A DNA stretch of 63,243 bases, the filler included, from Chiloscyllium plagiosum (lineage: Eukaryota), in assembly GCF_004010195.1 (NCBI RefSeq). It is 4 parts of 2 records of this genome, joined end to end, with 100 filler letters (N's around TTAATTAATTAA, not from the genome) between each part and the next. Parts side by side here need not be neighbours in the genome. Positions count along the whole stretch, not along the records: positions 26,904 to 47,342 come from NC_057711.1; positions 47,443 to 59,894 come from NC_057711.1; 2 more parts are not named here. The stretch is one strand, 5' to 3'. The notes below the pieces were generated by a model, which saw only the letters and a list, made by a program, of their open reading frames with translations, was not told where the DNA came from and ran no database searches. This document shows, in pieces, positions 35,501-48,230 of this stretch. How positions within the stretch are numbered: the first letter of the stretch is position 1; each line of letters opens with the position of its first letter. Made by a program: the position numbers and the translations under genes.

Positions 35501-36410
35501 TCCCCAATGGTACATTGGGGAAACCGAGCAAAGGCTATGACAACGGATGAATGGGCACCGTACAACAATCAACAGACAGGAGGGTTCCCTCCCAGTTGGG
35601 GAACACTTCAGTGGTCCAGGACATTCAGCCTCAGACCTTTGGATGACCATCCTCCAAGGTGGACTTCGGGACAGGCAGCAGAGAAAAGTGGCCGAGCAGA
35701 GGCTGATAGCTAGGTTCGGTACCCATAGGGAGGGCCTCAACCAAGACCTTGGTTTCATGTCACATTACAGGTGACCATCATTGCACTACACACACACACA
35801 GATATTCCTACACACACACACTCTCACATACACACGGACACAGGTACACACAGATGCGCACACAGACACCCAGACAGACATACATACAGACACAAAGACC
35901 CACATGCATTTATATATTTTGTGGGGTGAATTTGTACTTGCAGAGTTACATTGTACTTTGCTCAAAAACTGCATGAACTCATGTAAAACTCTGTTATCTC
36001 ACTTTTTAGATTAGAATCAATCTAAACACCATGGCATAGACAGAGAACACAGGGGGCTAATACCTTCAACATATTGTCTAGCTAACACCATTATTAACAG
36101 CTAACCCGAGAATGTAACTTTAAAAAAAAGGTTTAGTGATTTACACATGAAAGAAGTGAAACTATCACTGTATTCTAACAGATGAAAGGCTTAACAGACA
36201 ATCAATTCTTCAATGTATAATTTCAGTTACATCACACTGCAAATTTTTGCTATAAATTCTGTGTTACGATCGAGCCCTCCACAATCACCCTGATGAAGGA
36301 GCGTCGCTCCGAAAGCTAGTGTACTTCCAATTAAACCTGTTGGACTATAACCTGGTGTTGTGTGATTTTTAACTTTGTACACCCCAGTCCAACACCGGCA
36401 TCTCCAAATC
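35501..36410 (+). mobile_element. Penelope-like element family C, GIY-YIG C-terminus and 3' region
   Basis: WYIGETEQRL*QRMNGHR...VGEHFSGPGHS...AEQRLIARFGTHREGLN; CA-rich 3' UTR; hammerhead at 36286. Confidence 0.85.
36286..36321 (+). ncRNA. Minimal type I hammerhead ribozyme motif (PLE family C)
   Basis: CACC-CUGAUGA-A-GGAGC-GUC-GCUCC-GAA-AGCUA-GUG: 5-bp stem II, palindromic AGCU stem III, CUA triplet; stem I CAC/GUG offset by one C. Confidence 0.7.
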
Positions 36411-36775
36411 TTAAATGCACTCAATGACTTGGCTTCCACAACCCTCTGTGGCAATGAGCTCCACAGATTAACCACCCTGTGGCTGAATAAATTCTTCCTC
36501 ATTTCAGTTCGAAAGGGTCATCCATTCATTCTGAGACTGTGCCCTACTAGTGGAAACATCTCCTCCATGTCCACTCTATCCAGGCCTCTCTGTATCCCTG
36601 CCTCTTCCTTGTAAACTCCAGCGAGTACAGACCCAGAGTCCTCAACCGTTCCTCATATAACAAGCTCTTCATCCCCAGCATCATTCCTGTAAACCTCCTC
36701 TGGAATCCCTCCAATGCTACCACATCCTTCCTTAGATACAGGGCCCAGAACTACTCCCAATATTCCAAATGCAGA
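36411..36775 (-). mobile_element. CR1 LINE fragment
   Basis: MRKNLFSHRVVNLWSSLPQRVVEA and HLEYWE.FWAL on minus. Confidence 0.75.
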
Positions 36776-37153
36776 AACAAAATCATAAATTGTTTCAAAA
36801 ACCCAGCAGGTCTCAGCACTCAACTCAACATTCCAAATGCAGTCTGACGGAGCTTAAACTGTGTTTAATCTTCAAACTTGTTTAATCTTTCTATTCTGAC
36901 TGCTCCAGCTTGGTTTCCTGGCACATCCACAGCTGAATGTCAGGGAGCTTGCTGATTGCTTTGTCAGCTTGCCTCAGATGGTAGTGTCAAGCTTCCCCTG
37001 GTGGGTACAGAATTAAAGGGATTCCAATCTGTTGGCTATCTCTTGCATAGGTAATGGTTCAATCTCCTTGGCACGACCTGAAGAAGACTTTTAGATCTTT
37101 GGCAGAGGGGAGTTAGTGTGGTTGGCCACCTCTGGAGTGTCCTGAGATGATAA

Positions 37154-37486
37154 CATAATCATAGAATTCCCACAGTGTGGAAAGAGGCCATTCAGCCCAT
37201 CAAGTTTGCACCACCACTTCAAAGATCACCCCATCCCAGATCCCATCCCTCTGTAACTCTGCATTTCCTATGGCTAATCCACCTGGCTTGCACATCCCTG
37301 GACACTTGGCGCTACTTGGCATGGCCAATCTACCTACCCTGCACATCTTTGGATTGTGGGAGGGAACTGCACCACCCGGAGTAAACCCACACAGACACAG
37401 GGACACAGACAGTCACCCAAGGCTGGAATCAAACCTGAGTCCCTGACACTGTAAGGCAGCAATGCTAACCACTGAGCTACTATGCC
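37154..37486 (-). mobile_element. Older HE1-like V-SINE
   Basis: Divergent tRNA head GGCATAGTAGCTCAGTGGTTAGC and CR1-like tail. Confidence 0.8.
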
Positions 37487-38576
37487 ATGATAGATACCTG
37501 AGTATCTGTCACTCCTCCTCCCTATTGGTGTCCAATAGCATCTTGTTCCCTCTTGAGGGTGAGGGGACCTGGTGGGATATTAAGGTCCACTTTCACCTAG
37601 CCAGTGAGTGAATGTTATCAAGGCTTGAACAACCGAATGAATGTTCTTACACATATCTGGCAGATGCTGGACCCAGCTCTTGATAGTGACTGCCACGCCT
37701 TCCAGAGTAAGTCACTTGCTTTCATATTGGAGCCACAACAATACACAGAAGCTGAGCAGACTCCTCTGCCCTATGTTCTGGTTTGCTCATGATCCCTGGC
37801 AGCTCTGCTAGACCCCTTAAACTGTGCATTTCCATCAGTTACTAACATCTGATTTCAGAGAATGGGTCAATAGGAGCCTCTTCTCCAACAAGTTTGGTTG
37901 TGCTCTCTAGAATGTGACCCTGAGCCTATTCTCGAGAGATTACCCACTGAGGTGAATGTCTCTGTGCTGGTGGAGAATGGGGATGAACAGACTTGACAGT
38001 ACACCCTCTCGGGCTGATGACTATTCATCCCCTGAGGTGTGGTTTTAGAGATGAGCCTGTGGCATCTCTCTATTTGTCCTGCCTTGGGACCCAGATCTGG
38101 AGATTGTGTGAGTGTCACCCACTGGCAGCTACTGAATTTTTAGTCATGTGTCGGTACTTGGTGTACAATCAGAAGTACCCTGATCTCCCGTTCAGCACAG
38201 GCTCATTCCCCTTGCTCTCCCATCAACTCAGAGACATTCCCATCCACCCCTCCCTGCTATGCCTCATCAGCCCTCCCTCCCCAACCATCTGAGCATGCTC
38301 GCACTTATTGTACACCATTTGCTTCTGCAGGAGTGATGTATTCAGAGACAGTAACTTGAGTACCTGGGCCCGCAGAGATAGCTATAGATAATGATCTCAA
38401 TCCCAGTTATGGGGAAGGTTAGGTGTCAAGACTTCTGAATGGAAGGTTGTTAATGTCATCAAAGAACTACAGATAATGAGAAACAATTAAGCATTATATA
38501 AAATGTGGACCTGGGATACCAGAGGTGTTCTGAATGAAGTCATCTTTTGTGGTTGTGTCTTCACAAACATGTGAGT

Positions 38577-38800
38577 GGAGGTGATGCCCTCGTGGTATTA
38601 TCACTAAACTGTTAATTCAGAGACCCAGGTAATGTTCTGGGGATCTGAATTTGAATCCTGCCATGGCAGATGGTGGAATTTGAATTCAATAAAGAATCTG
38701 GAATTGAGGGTCAAATGATAATCACGAAACTATTGTTGATAATCAGAAAAGCCTATCTGGTTTGCTGATGTCCTTTAGGGAAGGAAATCTGCCACCATTA
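38577..38800 (+). mobile_element. tRNA-derived SINE family 2 (3' truncated)
   Basis: Matches reverse complement of 50710-51040; core GATGTCCTTTAGGGAAGGAAATCTG. Confidence 0.7.
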
Positions 38801-39282
38801 CTTGAAAAAGAGTTTACAGTCAATTTCAAGACTCTTGGTTTTGCAGTTTGAGTAAAGTTCCTTTATCTTGGTTCATTTTGACAGTGGCTGACCTTCAAAA
38901 AGAGTGAATCTTTTCCTTGTCTTTACCTTCAGTATAGAGGGTTTAATGGGTATTCTTGAAGACATAACCTTCATAGTGCACTAGTCCACAAACAAGGACA
39001 TCAGGACAGCACAGACCCAGGGTGGAGCTCACTTTTATCCTTGGAAGAGTAAAACACAAACATGCCCAGGGGAAACGGTTTCCTTCAGGAGGGGGTTGGG
39101 TCATCAGCCTGGTGTTGTGTCTTCATTTTTAGTTTCTCAATTTGATCCTCTGATTCTCTGCAGATGTGAGAATCCAGAATTCCTTTCCAGATTTCAAAGG
39201 AATTTACACACCTAGGTTGTATCAATTCTTTTTTAGAAATTACATATTGATATTCAGGTTCTGATATATCACTAAGTGATCT

Positions 39283-39944
39283 AGAACAAAGGACAAAGAG
39301 CAAAGAACAATACATCATAGGAACAGGTCCTTCATCCCTCCAAGCCTTCCTTTTCATGTATTCATCCAGGTGCTTATTAAATGCTGCTATTGTGTCTGCT
39401 TCCAGCACCTCCTCAGGCAGCTCATTCCAGGCACTCACTGCCTTTTGTCTGAAAATCTTACCTCGCATATCTCTTTTAAATTTTCACCCCCGACACTATA
39501 AACCCCCCCCCTCCGCAACCCTGGGATAAAAACCTCATGCTTACCACTCTATCTGTGTTATTCACAATCTTATAAACTTCTGCCAGATCATCCCTCAACC
39601 TTCTGCATTCCAGTGAGAAAAAATCCCAGACTATCCAACCTTTCTTCAAAACTAAAATCCCCCGTACCAGGCAACATCCTGGTAAACCTTTTCTCCAAAA
39701 CATCCACATCCTTTTGGTAGTGTGATGACCAGAACTGTACATAATATTCCAAGTATGGCCTAACTAAAGTTCCACAAAGCTGCAGCATAACCTGTCTATC
39801 CTTATACTCAATACCCCTTCCAATGAAGGCAAGCATGCCACAGGCCTTTTTTACTATCTTATCTACCTGCATGGCTACCTTCAATGATCTGTGGACCTGC
39901 ACACCCAGATCCTTCTGCATATCAATACTCCTAAAGGTTCTGTC
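39283..39944 (-). mobile_element. CR1 LINE 3' part with (TTCTTTG)n tail
   Basis: ORF 39588..39977 QKDLGVQVHRSLKV...LVRPYLEYYVQFWS. Confidence 0.88.
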
Positions 39945-39974
39945 AGAATTATGATCTGTTGGCATAATTGAGCC

Positions 39975-40970
39975 CAATAGTATAGTTCACTGGATCTCAT
40001 GAGATTCATCCTAGAATATTAAAAGAGTTAGCTAGCAAGATAGTCGATGCACTAGTCATAACCTTCTAAGACTTCTTAGATTCTTCAAAAGTCCAAGAGG
40101 ATTGGAAGACTGCCAATGTAACACCGTTATTTATAAATGGAAAGAGACACAAATCAAGTAACATCCCTTTTAAACAGAGATGAAGAGGACTTTCCTTTCT
40201 CAGAGGATAGTCAGTCTGTGGAATTCTTTACCATGGACGGCTGTTCAGGCGGGTCACTAAGTATTTTCAAGGCTGAGTTAGACAGATGTTTAGTCAGTAA
40301 TAAAAGGTCATAAAAGGTTATGGGGAAAAGGCAGGATAGTGGAGTTGAGGTTTACGGATTAGCCATGATCCCATTGAATGGCGGAGCAGACTCGATGGGC
40401 TGAATGGTTTACTCCTGTAAAGACATTATATGGTCTTAGGGTCTTAAAGGAAAACTAGGCCGATAGGAGAGAAAGATGGAGAAGGATATGAGAGTGATAT
40501 ATAGAGTGATATGGGGAGAGGTAGCAGTAGGCTCAGGTACAGCAAACTAGTATGAAACCACAAATTAATGTATGAGTAGGCCATTCAGCCCTTCAGACCT
40601 GCTGTGCCATCCAATAAGATAATGGTTAATTTAGTTGTGGCTTCAACTCCACATTTCTGCCTTAACCACGTAACCTTTGATTCTTGTTAATCAAGATCTA
40701 TCTACCTCTGGCTTAAAAGGTATTCATTGATCTTACCTCCACAAGTCTCTTTGGAAAAGAGTCCCACAGACTCAGGCCTCTCTGAGAAAATAATTATCTC
40801 CTCATTTCCATTTTAAATGGGATACCCTTTATTATTAATCTATGTGTGTTAGTCTAATTTCCCCAACAAGAGGAATTAGATCACCTCTTGGTCTTCTAAG
40901 CTCCAAGGAAAACAGGCTTAACCCACTAAACTTGCTCCATAAGAAAACCCCTGAACCTCAGTCATCAGTT
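39975..40970. mobile_element. Cluster of older CR1 fragments (RT piece and 3' end on plus; 3' end on minus)
   Basis: IHPRILKE...EDWKTANVTPLF at about 40005-40130; GATTAGCCATGATCCCATTGAATGG tail; reverse tail from about 40570. Confidence 0.6.
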
Positions 40971-41374
40971 AAGAAAATGGGTAGATTTATGCTAATGTAA
41001 TACTTAATATGAAAGCATGATTTCACATTCTGTGATAGCTGCCATGTTGGGTTTTGAACTGTATTAAAACTGGCCAAGAACAACCATTTTTTACAGAGAC
41101 CTTATGACAATCTGCAAGTCGCAATCCTCATCTAAACTAACTGTGAATAATGTGTGAGAGTTGGGTTCTGATTCTATCACCAGGGGTCAAAGAAGAACCT
41201 CTCCAGAAATCATTATCCTTCTGATAAAAAGGATGTTTAAGTGTTGTGCTGGCAGCAATAGTAAGGAAAATGTTCTTTCACTTACTTCCTGAGGCTGCTC
41301 TACCAACTAAATGCACCGCCAAAGGCTAACCTAGATTGTAGAAGCTATGATAACTGCTGAATACATCAACAATA

Positions 41375-42370
41375 TGAATCACAGAAGGTTGGTCTGCATG
41401 TACAACGAGTAATTAGGAAGGCAAAAGGAATTTTGTCCTACATTGCTAAAGGGATTGAGTTTAAAAGCAGGGAGGTTATGTTGCAGCTGTACAAGGTGCA
41501 GGTGAGGCCACACCTGGAATACTGTGTGCTGTTTTGGTCTCCTTACTTAAGAAAGGATGTACTGGTACTGGAGGGGGTGCAGAGGAGGTTCACCAGGTTG
41601 ACTCTGGAGTGAGGGAGTTGGTTTATGAGCAGAGACTGACTAGACTGGGATTATATTCATTAGAATTCAGAAAAATAAGGGGGGATCTTATACAAACATC
41701 TAAAATTTGTGAGGGAATCGATAAAATAGAAGTAGATGGGATGCTTCCACTGGTAGGTGAGACTAGAACAAGAGGGCATGGTCTCAAGATTAGAGGGAGC
41801 AGATTTAGAACTGAACTGAAAGGGATTTTCCTCACCCAGATCCTTGCGCAGGGAAGTAGTCGACGCTACTTCAGTAAATATTTTAAAACTAAGATAGATT
41901 TATTTTGAAAAATAAAGGAATTAAGGGCGGCACGGTGGCACATTGTTAGCACTGTTGCCTCACAGCGCCAGAGACCCGGGTACAATTCCCGCCTCAGGCG
42001 ACTGACTGTGTGGAGTTTGCACATTCTCCCCGTGTCTGCATGGGTTTCCTCCGGGTGCTCCGGTTTCCTCCCACAGTCCAAAAATGTGCAGGTTAGGTGA
42101 ATTGGCCATGCTAAATTGCCCGTAGTGTTAGGTAAGGGGTACATGTAGGGGAATGGGTCTGGGTGGGTTGCACTTCAGCAGGTTGGTGTGGACTTGTTGG
42201 GCCGAAGGGCCTGTTTCCACACTGTAAGTAATCTAATCTAAGGGATTATGGTGAGAGCATTGCTAAGTGGAACTGAGTCCACAAAAAGATCAGCCATGAT
42301 GTTATTGAATGGTGGAGCAGCCTCGAAGGGCCAGATGATTTACTCCTGGTCCTAGTTCTTACGTTCTTCA
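41375..42370 (+). mobile_element. CR1 LINE 3' part, interrupted by SINE
   Basis: LYKV.VRPHLEYCV.FWSP; ORF 41534..41908 GLYSLEFRKIRGDLI. Confidence 0.85.
41925..42240 (+). mobile_element. HE1-like V-SINE
   Basis: Full head, V-domain and tail; TAAGGG at both junctions. Confidence 0.92.
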
Positions 42371-42414
42371 ATGGCTCACTCAACACAACACAAAAGCTGA
42401 CACCACAGCTGCAA

Positions 42415-43010
42415 ACTATGCCTTTATTGGTCAGTGCATTGAGGATAGGAGTTGGGATGTTATTTTGCAGCTGTATCGGACATTGGTTAGGCCACTTTTG
42501 GAATACTGTGTGCAATTCTAGTCTCTTTGCTTTAGAAAGGATGTTGCCAAACTGAAAGGATTTGGAAAAGAGTACAAGGATGTTGTCATTGTTGAAGGAT
42601 TTGAACTATGGGGAGAAGCTGAATAGGCTTGGACTATTTTCCTTCAGTGTTGGAGGCTGAGGGTGACCTGAAAGAGGTTTATAAAATCATGAAGGGCTGG
42701 ATAGGGTAAATAGACAAGATCTTTTCCCTGGAGTGCTGTGTCCAAAATTAGAGGCATGTTTAGGTGAGAGGGAAAGATTTAAAAGGGACCTAAGGGGCAT
42801 CTTTTTCCTGCAGAGGGTGGTGTGTGTATGGAATGAGCTGCCAGAGAAAGTGGTGGAGGTTGGTACAATTATAACATTTAAGAGGCAGCTGCTTGGATAT
42901 ATGGATAGGAAGGGTTTAAAGGGGTATGAACCAAATACTGGCAAATGGGACTAGATTTATCTACATATCTGGTCAGGTGGACGAGTTGTATATCTCTATG
43001 ACACTCTATA
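42415..43010 (+). mobile_element. HER1-like CR1 LINE 3' part
   Basis: ORF 42733..42954 FFLQRVVCVWNELPEKVVEVG; CTCTATGAC tail. Confidence 0.85.
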
Positions 43011-43471
43011 ACTGCTTCTAATGCATATATGCTTTCTTAAATAAAGTGGCCAAAACTGTACAAAGTATTCCAGACGTTATCTCCTGTGTCTAGCAAAACA
43101 TTCCTACTTTTATATTTCATTCCTCTTTAAATAAATGATAACATTCAATTTCACTTTGTAATCATTTACTGTACTTGTTTATTAACTTTTTATGATAGTT
43201 GTGATGGTGCCCAATGTTATTTGGTGTTCTATGTCACAGTATTTCTGTGGCTGCAGGAATGGATTGGTACAGACAGGTAATCATGTAGAATAATCACAGT
43301 TATCGCACTTCCATAAGTGGTATGTTTAGATTAAACATTTGGGATTTCATATTGCATTTAAAAATTGATTTTATTCTGAAGGAGTTTGAATCCTGTGATA
43401 GTACCTCAGCTAGAGGTAGCCTCTTTTCATGTGCACAGTGTGACTTTTACGACATAGATTGAATGTTTGAG

Positions 43472-43603
43472 CCTCATTCCTGATGAAGGGCTTATGCCCG
43501 AAAATGTTGATTCTCCTGCTCCTCGGATGCTGCCTGACCTGCTGTGCTTTTCCAGCACCATTCTCGTGGCTCTGATCTCCAGCATCTGCAGTCTTCACTT
43601 ACC
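43472..43603 (+). mobile_element. Solo PLE tail (family A)
   Basis: ATTCCTGATGAAGGGCTTATGCCCGAAAATG... to CAGCATCTGCAGTCTTCACTT. Confidence 0.8.
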
Positions 43604-44029
43604 CTTGTATGATTCATAAAACAGAGTACTTCAATCCCTCTGTATCAGAATTCTGTAGTCTCTCTCCATTGAGACAATATTCAGCTTTTCTATTCTTCCT
43701 ACTAAAATGAATATCTTTGCAAATTTCACATTTACTCACATTATACTCTATCTGCCAGACACTTGTTCACTCACTCAAGCTATTTTTATCCCATTGCAGA
43801 CATTTTTATGTCCACTTCACCACTAAATTTGCTACTTATCCTCGTGTTATCAGCAAATTTAACAACCACACATTCTGTCCTTTCATCCAAGCTATTGAGC
43901 TATACTGTAAATAGTTGAGGTCCAATCCCTGATTCCTGTGATAATCCATGTGACACATCTTGCCAATCCAAAAATGACACATTTTTGAGATTATTCTGTT
44001 TCCCTTTAGCTAACCAAGCCTCCAGTGGC

Positions 44030-45990
44030 AAATGCTTAGGGAGATACTAAATACTCTAAAACATATTCCCATGAGGAAGAGGGGTTATAAAAAGGTTAAA
44101 ACTCATTCATGGTTTAACAAAGAAGTCAAGGATAATATAAAGGCAAAAACCAGGGCATATCATACTGCACACAGTAGTAGCACTTTGGAGGATTGGGAGA
44201 ACTTTAGACATCAGCAAAGCGTTACTAAAAACAAAATCAAAACAGCCAAGATGATCTATGAAAGGAAACTAGCAGAAAACATAAACACTGATACCAAAAG
44301 CTTCTATAAGTATATGAAGATGAAGAGAACAGTGAATATAAATGTTGGTCCTGCCGAGGATGGAAATGGTGAAGTCATACCATTGGGTGGCTTGGAAATG
44401 ACAGAGGCACAAACCAGTATTGTGTCTGTTTTCACAGTGGAAGGTAATAACTTCTTCCCAAAAAACTGCAGTTACTACACAGGAACTTGGTGAAATGACT
44501 ACAACTGGGGAGATGGGATTAAAGGTGAATAAGTCCCTGGGGCCTGATAGCCTGCACACTAGGGTATTAAAGGAGGTGGCAGCAGAAAGAGTTGATGCAT
44601 TAGTTCCAATTTTCCAAAATTCCCTGGGTTCTACAAAGAAGCGTGCTAATGTGACACCCTTATTCAAAAACAAAGTACATGGGCCAATGGTGGAAAACTA
44701 TAGATCAGTTATTTTGACCTCTGGGGAATTTGCTGGAGAGAGATAAAGGAGGAGATATCTGAATACTTGAAAAAACAAAGCTCAGTTCATCAGTGTCAGC
44801 ACGGTCTCATGAAGGGCAAATCATGCTTGACAAACCTGCTGGAGATCTTTGAGGGTGTAACCAGCAAAATGAATAATGGGGATGCAGTGGATGTAGTATA
44901 TCTACACTTCTAAAGGCTTTTGAGAAGGTGCTGCATAGAAGACTGATTCAGAAAGTTAGATTCCAGAGAGTTATGTGTACGTATTAGCTTGGATAGATGA
45001 TTGCCTGACTGACAGAAAGCCGAAGGTCGGGATAAATGGGTTCTTCTCTGGATGGCAAACTGGAACTAGTGGGTGCCATAGGGTTCAGTTCTTGGATTTC
45101 AACTATTTACAATCTATATAAATGATCTGCAAACAGTGGGTCACATAGCACAACATACTAAAGTTCATGGATGATACTAAAACAGCTGGGAAAGCAGGCA
45201 GTGATGAGGAGGTAAAGAGTTTACAGATGGATATTGATAGGCCAGGAGAATGGATCAGAATCTGGCCAATGGGGTGTAATGTGAATAAGTGTGATATGTC
45301 CACTTTGATCGGAAAAATAAAAGGAAGTAGATTTAAAGTGTGTCAGTGCAGAGGGATCTGGGTGTCTTTATTCAAGAATCACAGAAACCGGTCCTGCAGG
45401 TGCAGTATATAATAAGAAAGACCAATGGAACAGTGGCATTTATTGCAAAAGGACTGGATTATGAAAGTAAAGAATTGTTGTTACAACGGTATAAGGTGTT
45501 TGGTGAATCCATACCTGGAATATTGTGTCCAGTTTTGGTCTCCTTATTTGAGGAAGGATGTGGTGGCACTGGAAGCGGTTCAGAGGAGGGTCACCAGGTT
45601 GATCCCAGGGCTGAAGGGGCTGGTGTACAAGGAGCAGTTGAACAGCTTAGGCTTGTACTCACTGGATTCAGAATATTGAGGAGGGATCTGATTGATGGAT
45701 ATAAAATGCTGAAGGGGGTGGATAGGGTGGATGTTGAACAGGTGTTTCTCCTTGTGGGACAGTATCGAACAAGAGGGCACAGATATAGAGTGAGAGGAGC
45801 TCAGTTCAAGACTGAGACAAGGATAAATTACTTCTCTCAGTGGGTTGTGAATGTGTGGAGCTTACTGTCCCAGAGCAAAATGGACACAGAATCAATCAAC
45901 AGACTCAGGAGGAAATAGCAATGTTTCTGATGAAAAGCAGGGAAAGGGCTGAATTGCTTACTCCCGCTCTGAATTCCTATGTTCCTCCAT
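44030..45990 (+). mobile_element. CR1 LINE, long decayed ORF2 (RT) to 3' end
   Basis: WFNKEVKDNIK, TKSFYKY, KSLGPDSLH, NYRSV.LTS, QHG, MDDTK, YLEYCVQFWSP across frameshifted ORFs. Confidence 0.9.
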
Positions 45991-46519
45991 ACTATATTGC
46001 ATAGTAACCTTTGATATGGCACCTTGTGGAATTCCTTCTGAAATCTAAGTACAACACTTCCACAGGTTCCTCTATATACACCTTGATTGTTACTTCCATA
46101 AGGAACTGCAGTAAATTAGTTAAACATGATTTCCCTTTTACAGATCCATGTTGACTTTGTCCAATTGAATTGAGATTTTCTAAGTGCTCTTTATTTCTGT
46201 GCAAAAGATTCTATAATGCTTATATTTGATCACGATGGAGCCCTCTTGGATGCTCATACTCTCTTTTATTTGTCTTGCCTTTATGCACTTTGCGACCTTA
46301 TTCAGAAATGGAAGGCTCACAGTATTTCTGTGCTGCCTTGCCAGTTAGCACTGAAATAAAGCAAGGGAGCTCGTCATTGTTGCCAACTGTGAACAGTTGA
46401 AAGGCTGGACATCTTACTGAATGGCACTGCACTTTATTGTCAAACCTACATTATACACTGTATGTGCTGCAGCAAAGCGGCCATATCTCAAAGTCTGAGT
46501 AGAGTAGTCCTCAGTTAAG

Positions 46520-46650
46520 AGGGAGAAAGTGAGGTCTGCAGATGCTGGAAATCCGAGTTGAGAGTGGGGTGCTTGAAAAGCACAACAGGTCAGGCAGTAT
46601 CCGAGGAGCAGGGGAATTGACGTTTTGGGCAAGAGCCCTTCATCAGGAAG
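46520..46650 (-). mobile_element. Solo PLE tail (family A)
   Basis: Minus strand TTCCTGATGAAGGGCTCTTGCCCAAAACGTC... to CTCACTTTCTCCC; core G mutated. Confidence 0.8.
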
Positions 46651-46810
46651 CATAGTGTAGGGAAATGTGAACTTGTTCAGTTTGGAAGGGAGATTTTAAA
46701 AATTAATTAAGTGGAGAATAACTGCAGAATTCCAAGATGCAGAAAGATCTGGGTGTTCCAATGTATGGATCACAAGAACTTATTATAGTAAGTACTTAAG
46801 AAGTTTAATT

Positions 46811-47342
46811 AGACCATAAGACATAGGAGTGGAAGTAAGGCCATTTGGCCCATCGTGTCCACTCCACCATTCATTCATGGCTGATGGACATTTCACCTCC
46901 ACTTACCTGCATTCGCCCTGTAGCCTTTAATTCCTTACGAGATCAAAAATTTATCAATCTCTGCCTTGAAGACACTCATCGTCCCAGCCTCCACTGTGCT
47001 ACATGGCAATGAATTCCACAGGCCCACCACTCTCTGGCTGAAGAAATGTCTCCTCATTTCCATTCTAAATTGACCCCCTCTAATTCTAAGACTGTGCCCC
47101 CAGGACCTAGTCTCCCCGCCTGATGGAAACAACTTCCCAGCATCCACCCTTTCTAAGCCATACATTATCTTGTAAGTTTCTATTAGATCTCCTCTTAATC
47201 TTCTAAACTCTAATGAATACAATCCCAGGATCCTCAGCCGATCATCGTATGTTAGACCTACCATTCCAGGGATCATCCGTGTGAATCTCCGCTGGACACG
47301 CTCCAGTGCCAGTATGTCCTTCCTGAGGTGTGGGGCCCAAAA
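46811..47342 (-). mobile_element. Young CR1 LINE 3' end, truncated by gap
   Basis: ORF 46935..47276 GLYSLEFRRLRGDLIETYKI...FFSQRVVGLWNSLP. Confidence 0.9.
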
Positions 47343-47442
47343 NNNNNNNNNNNNNNNNNNNNNNNNNNNNNNNNNNNNNNNNNNNNTTAATTAATTAANN
47401 NNNNNNNNNNNNNNNNNNNNNNNNNNNNNNNNNNNNNNNNNN
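47343..47442. other. Assembly gap with TTAATTAATTAA spacer
   Basis: 44 N + 12 nt + 44 N. Confidence 0.95.
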
Positions 47443-47577
47443 TCCTCATTCCTGAAGAAGGGCTTATGCCCGAAACGTCGATTCTCCTGTTCCCTGGATG
47501 CTGCCTGACCTGCTGCGCTTTTCCAGCAACAAATTTTCAGCTCTGATCTCCAGCATTTGCAGACCTCACTTTCTCCT
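47443..47577 (+). mobile_element. PLE tail (family A) with intact hammerhead core at 47448-47483
   Basis: AUUC-CUGAAGA-A-GGGC-UUAU-GCCC-GAA-ACGUC-GAUU. Confidence 0.85.
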
Positions 47578-47754
47578 CAAAGATAAAATCAAAGCAATCA
47601 TGAGAAAGGATACTAGTACAAAAAAATCCAATCTGCATGGCATTAAGATGCAAGAAGGATTGGAAAGCATTAGTGAGGGTTGTCTATTAGCCTCCAAACT
47701 GTAGGCATAAGGGTTAAGGTTAAAAATTAAAAGTAAGTTAAATAAAAATAGAGA

Positions 47755-48230
47755 TGCCAGGCCAGGCGATGTGTTATACCTGCATTTGATGTGGGAGTCA
47801 GTGGACCCCACTGTAGTTCATTGTGACCACATCTGTAACAAGTGTCAGTTGCTTGAGGAACTGCAGCTCAGAGTTAAAGAGCTCGAGTCTGAGTTGGGGA
47901 CATTGTGTCACTTCAGGGAGGGGGACAGTTACCTGGATGCTGTTTTGCAGGAGAATGTCATACCCCTTAGATTCGCCAAACTTGGTGCAAGGTCTGGAAC
48001 AGAAGGGTGAGTCTGCAACTGTGTCAGGCATTGGCATCCAGAACGTACTGTTTGGAGTGCTTCACGCGGTGCCTCTAGCCAATCGTGTTGAGTTTCCTGT
48101 TCCTGGCAGGACAAAGGCACAAACTGGATGGCAGATTAGTGAGCTGAGCAAAGCACCATGGGAGAGAGCACCATTCAAGTAGGGGAAGAAAAAGATAACT
48201 ATTGTTGTTATGGGGGTAACATAGTTAGCA
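47755..48230 (+). mobile_element. CR1 ORF1 fragment (Zn finger, coiled coil, start of esterase-like domain)
   Basis: CYTC...MWE...HICNKCQLLEELQLRVKELESELGTL; a decayed VV.GD-like motif near 48200. Confidence 0.65.

Noticed and set aside
39071..39112. CTGATGA...GAAAC on minus in the shared CR1 3' flank as a hammerhead
   Set aside because: No credible stem II in either copy.
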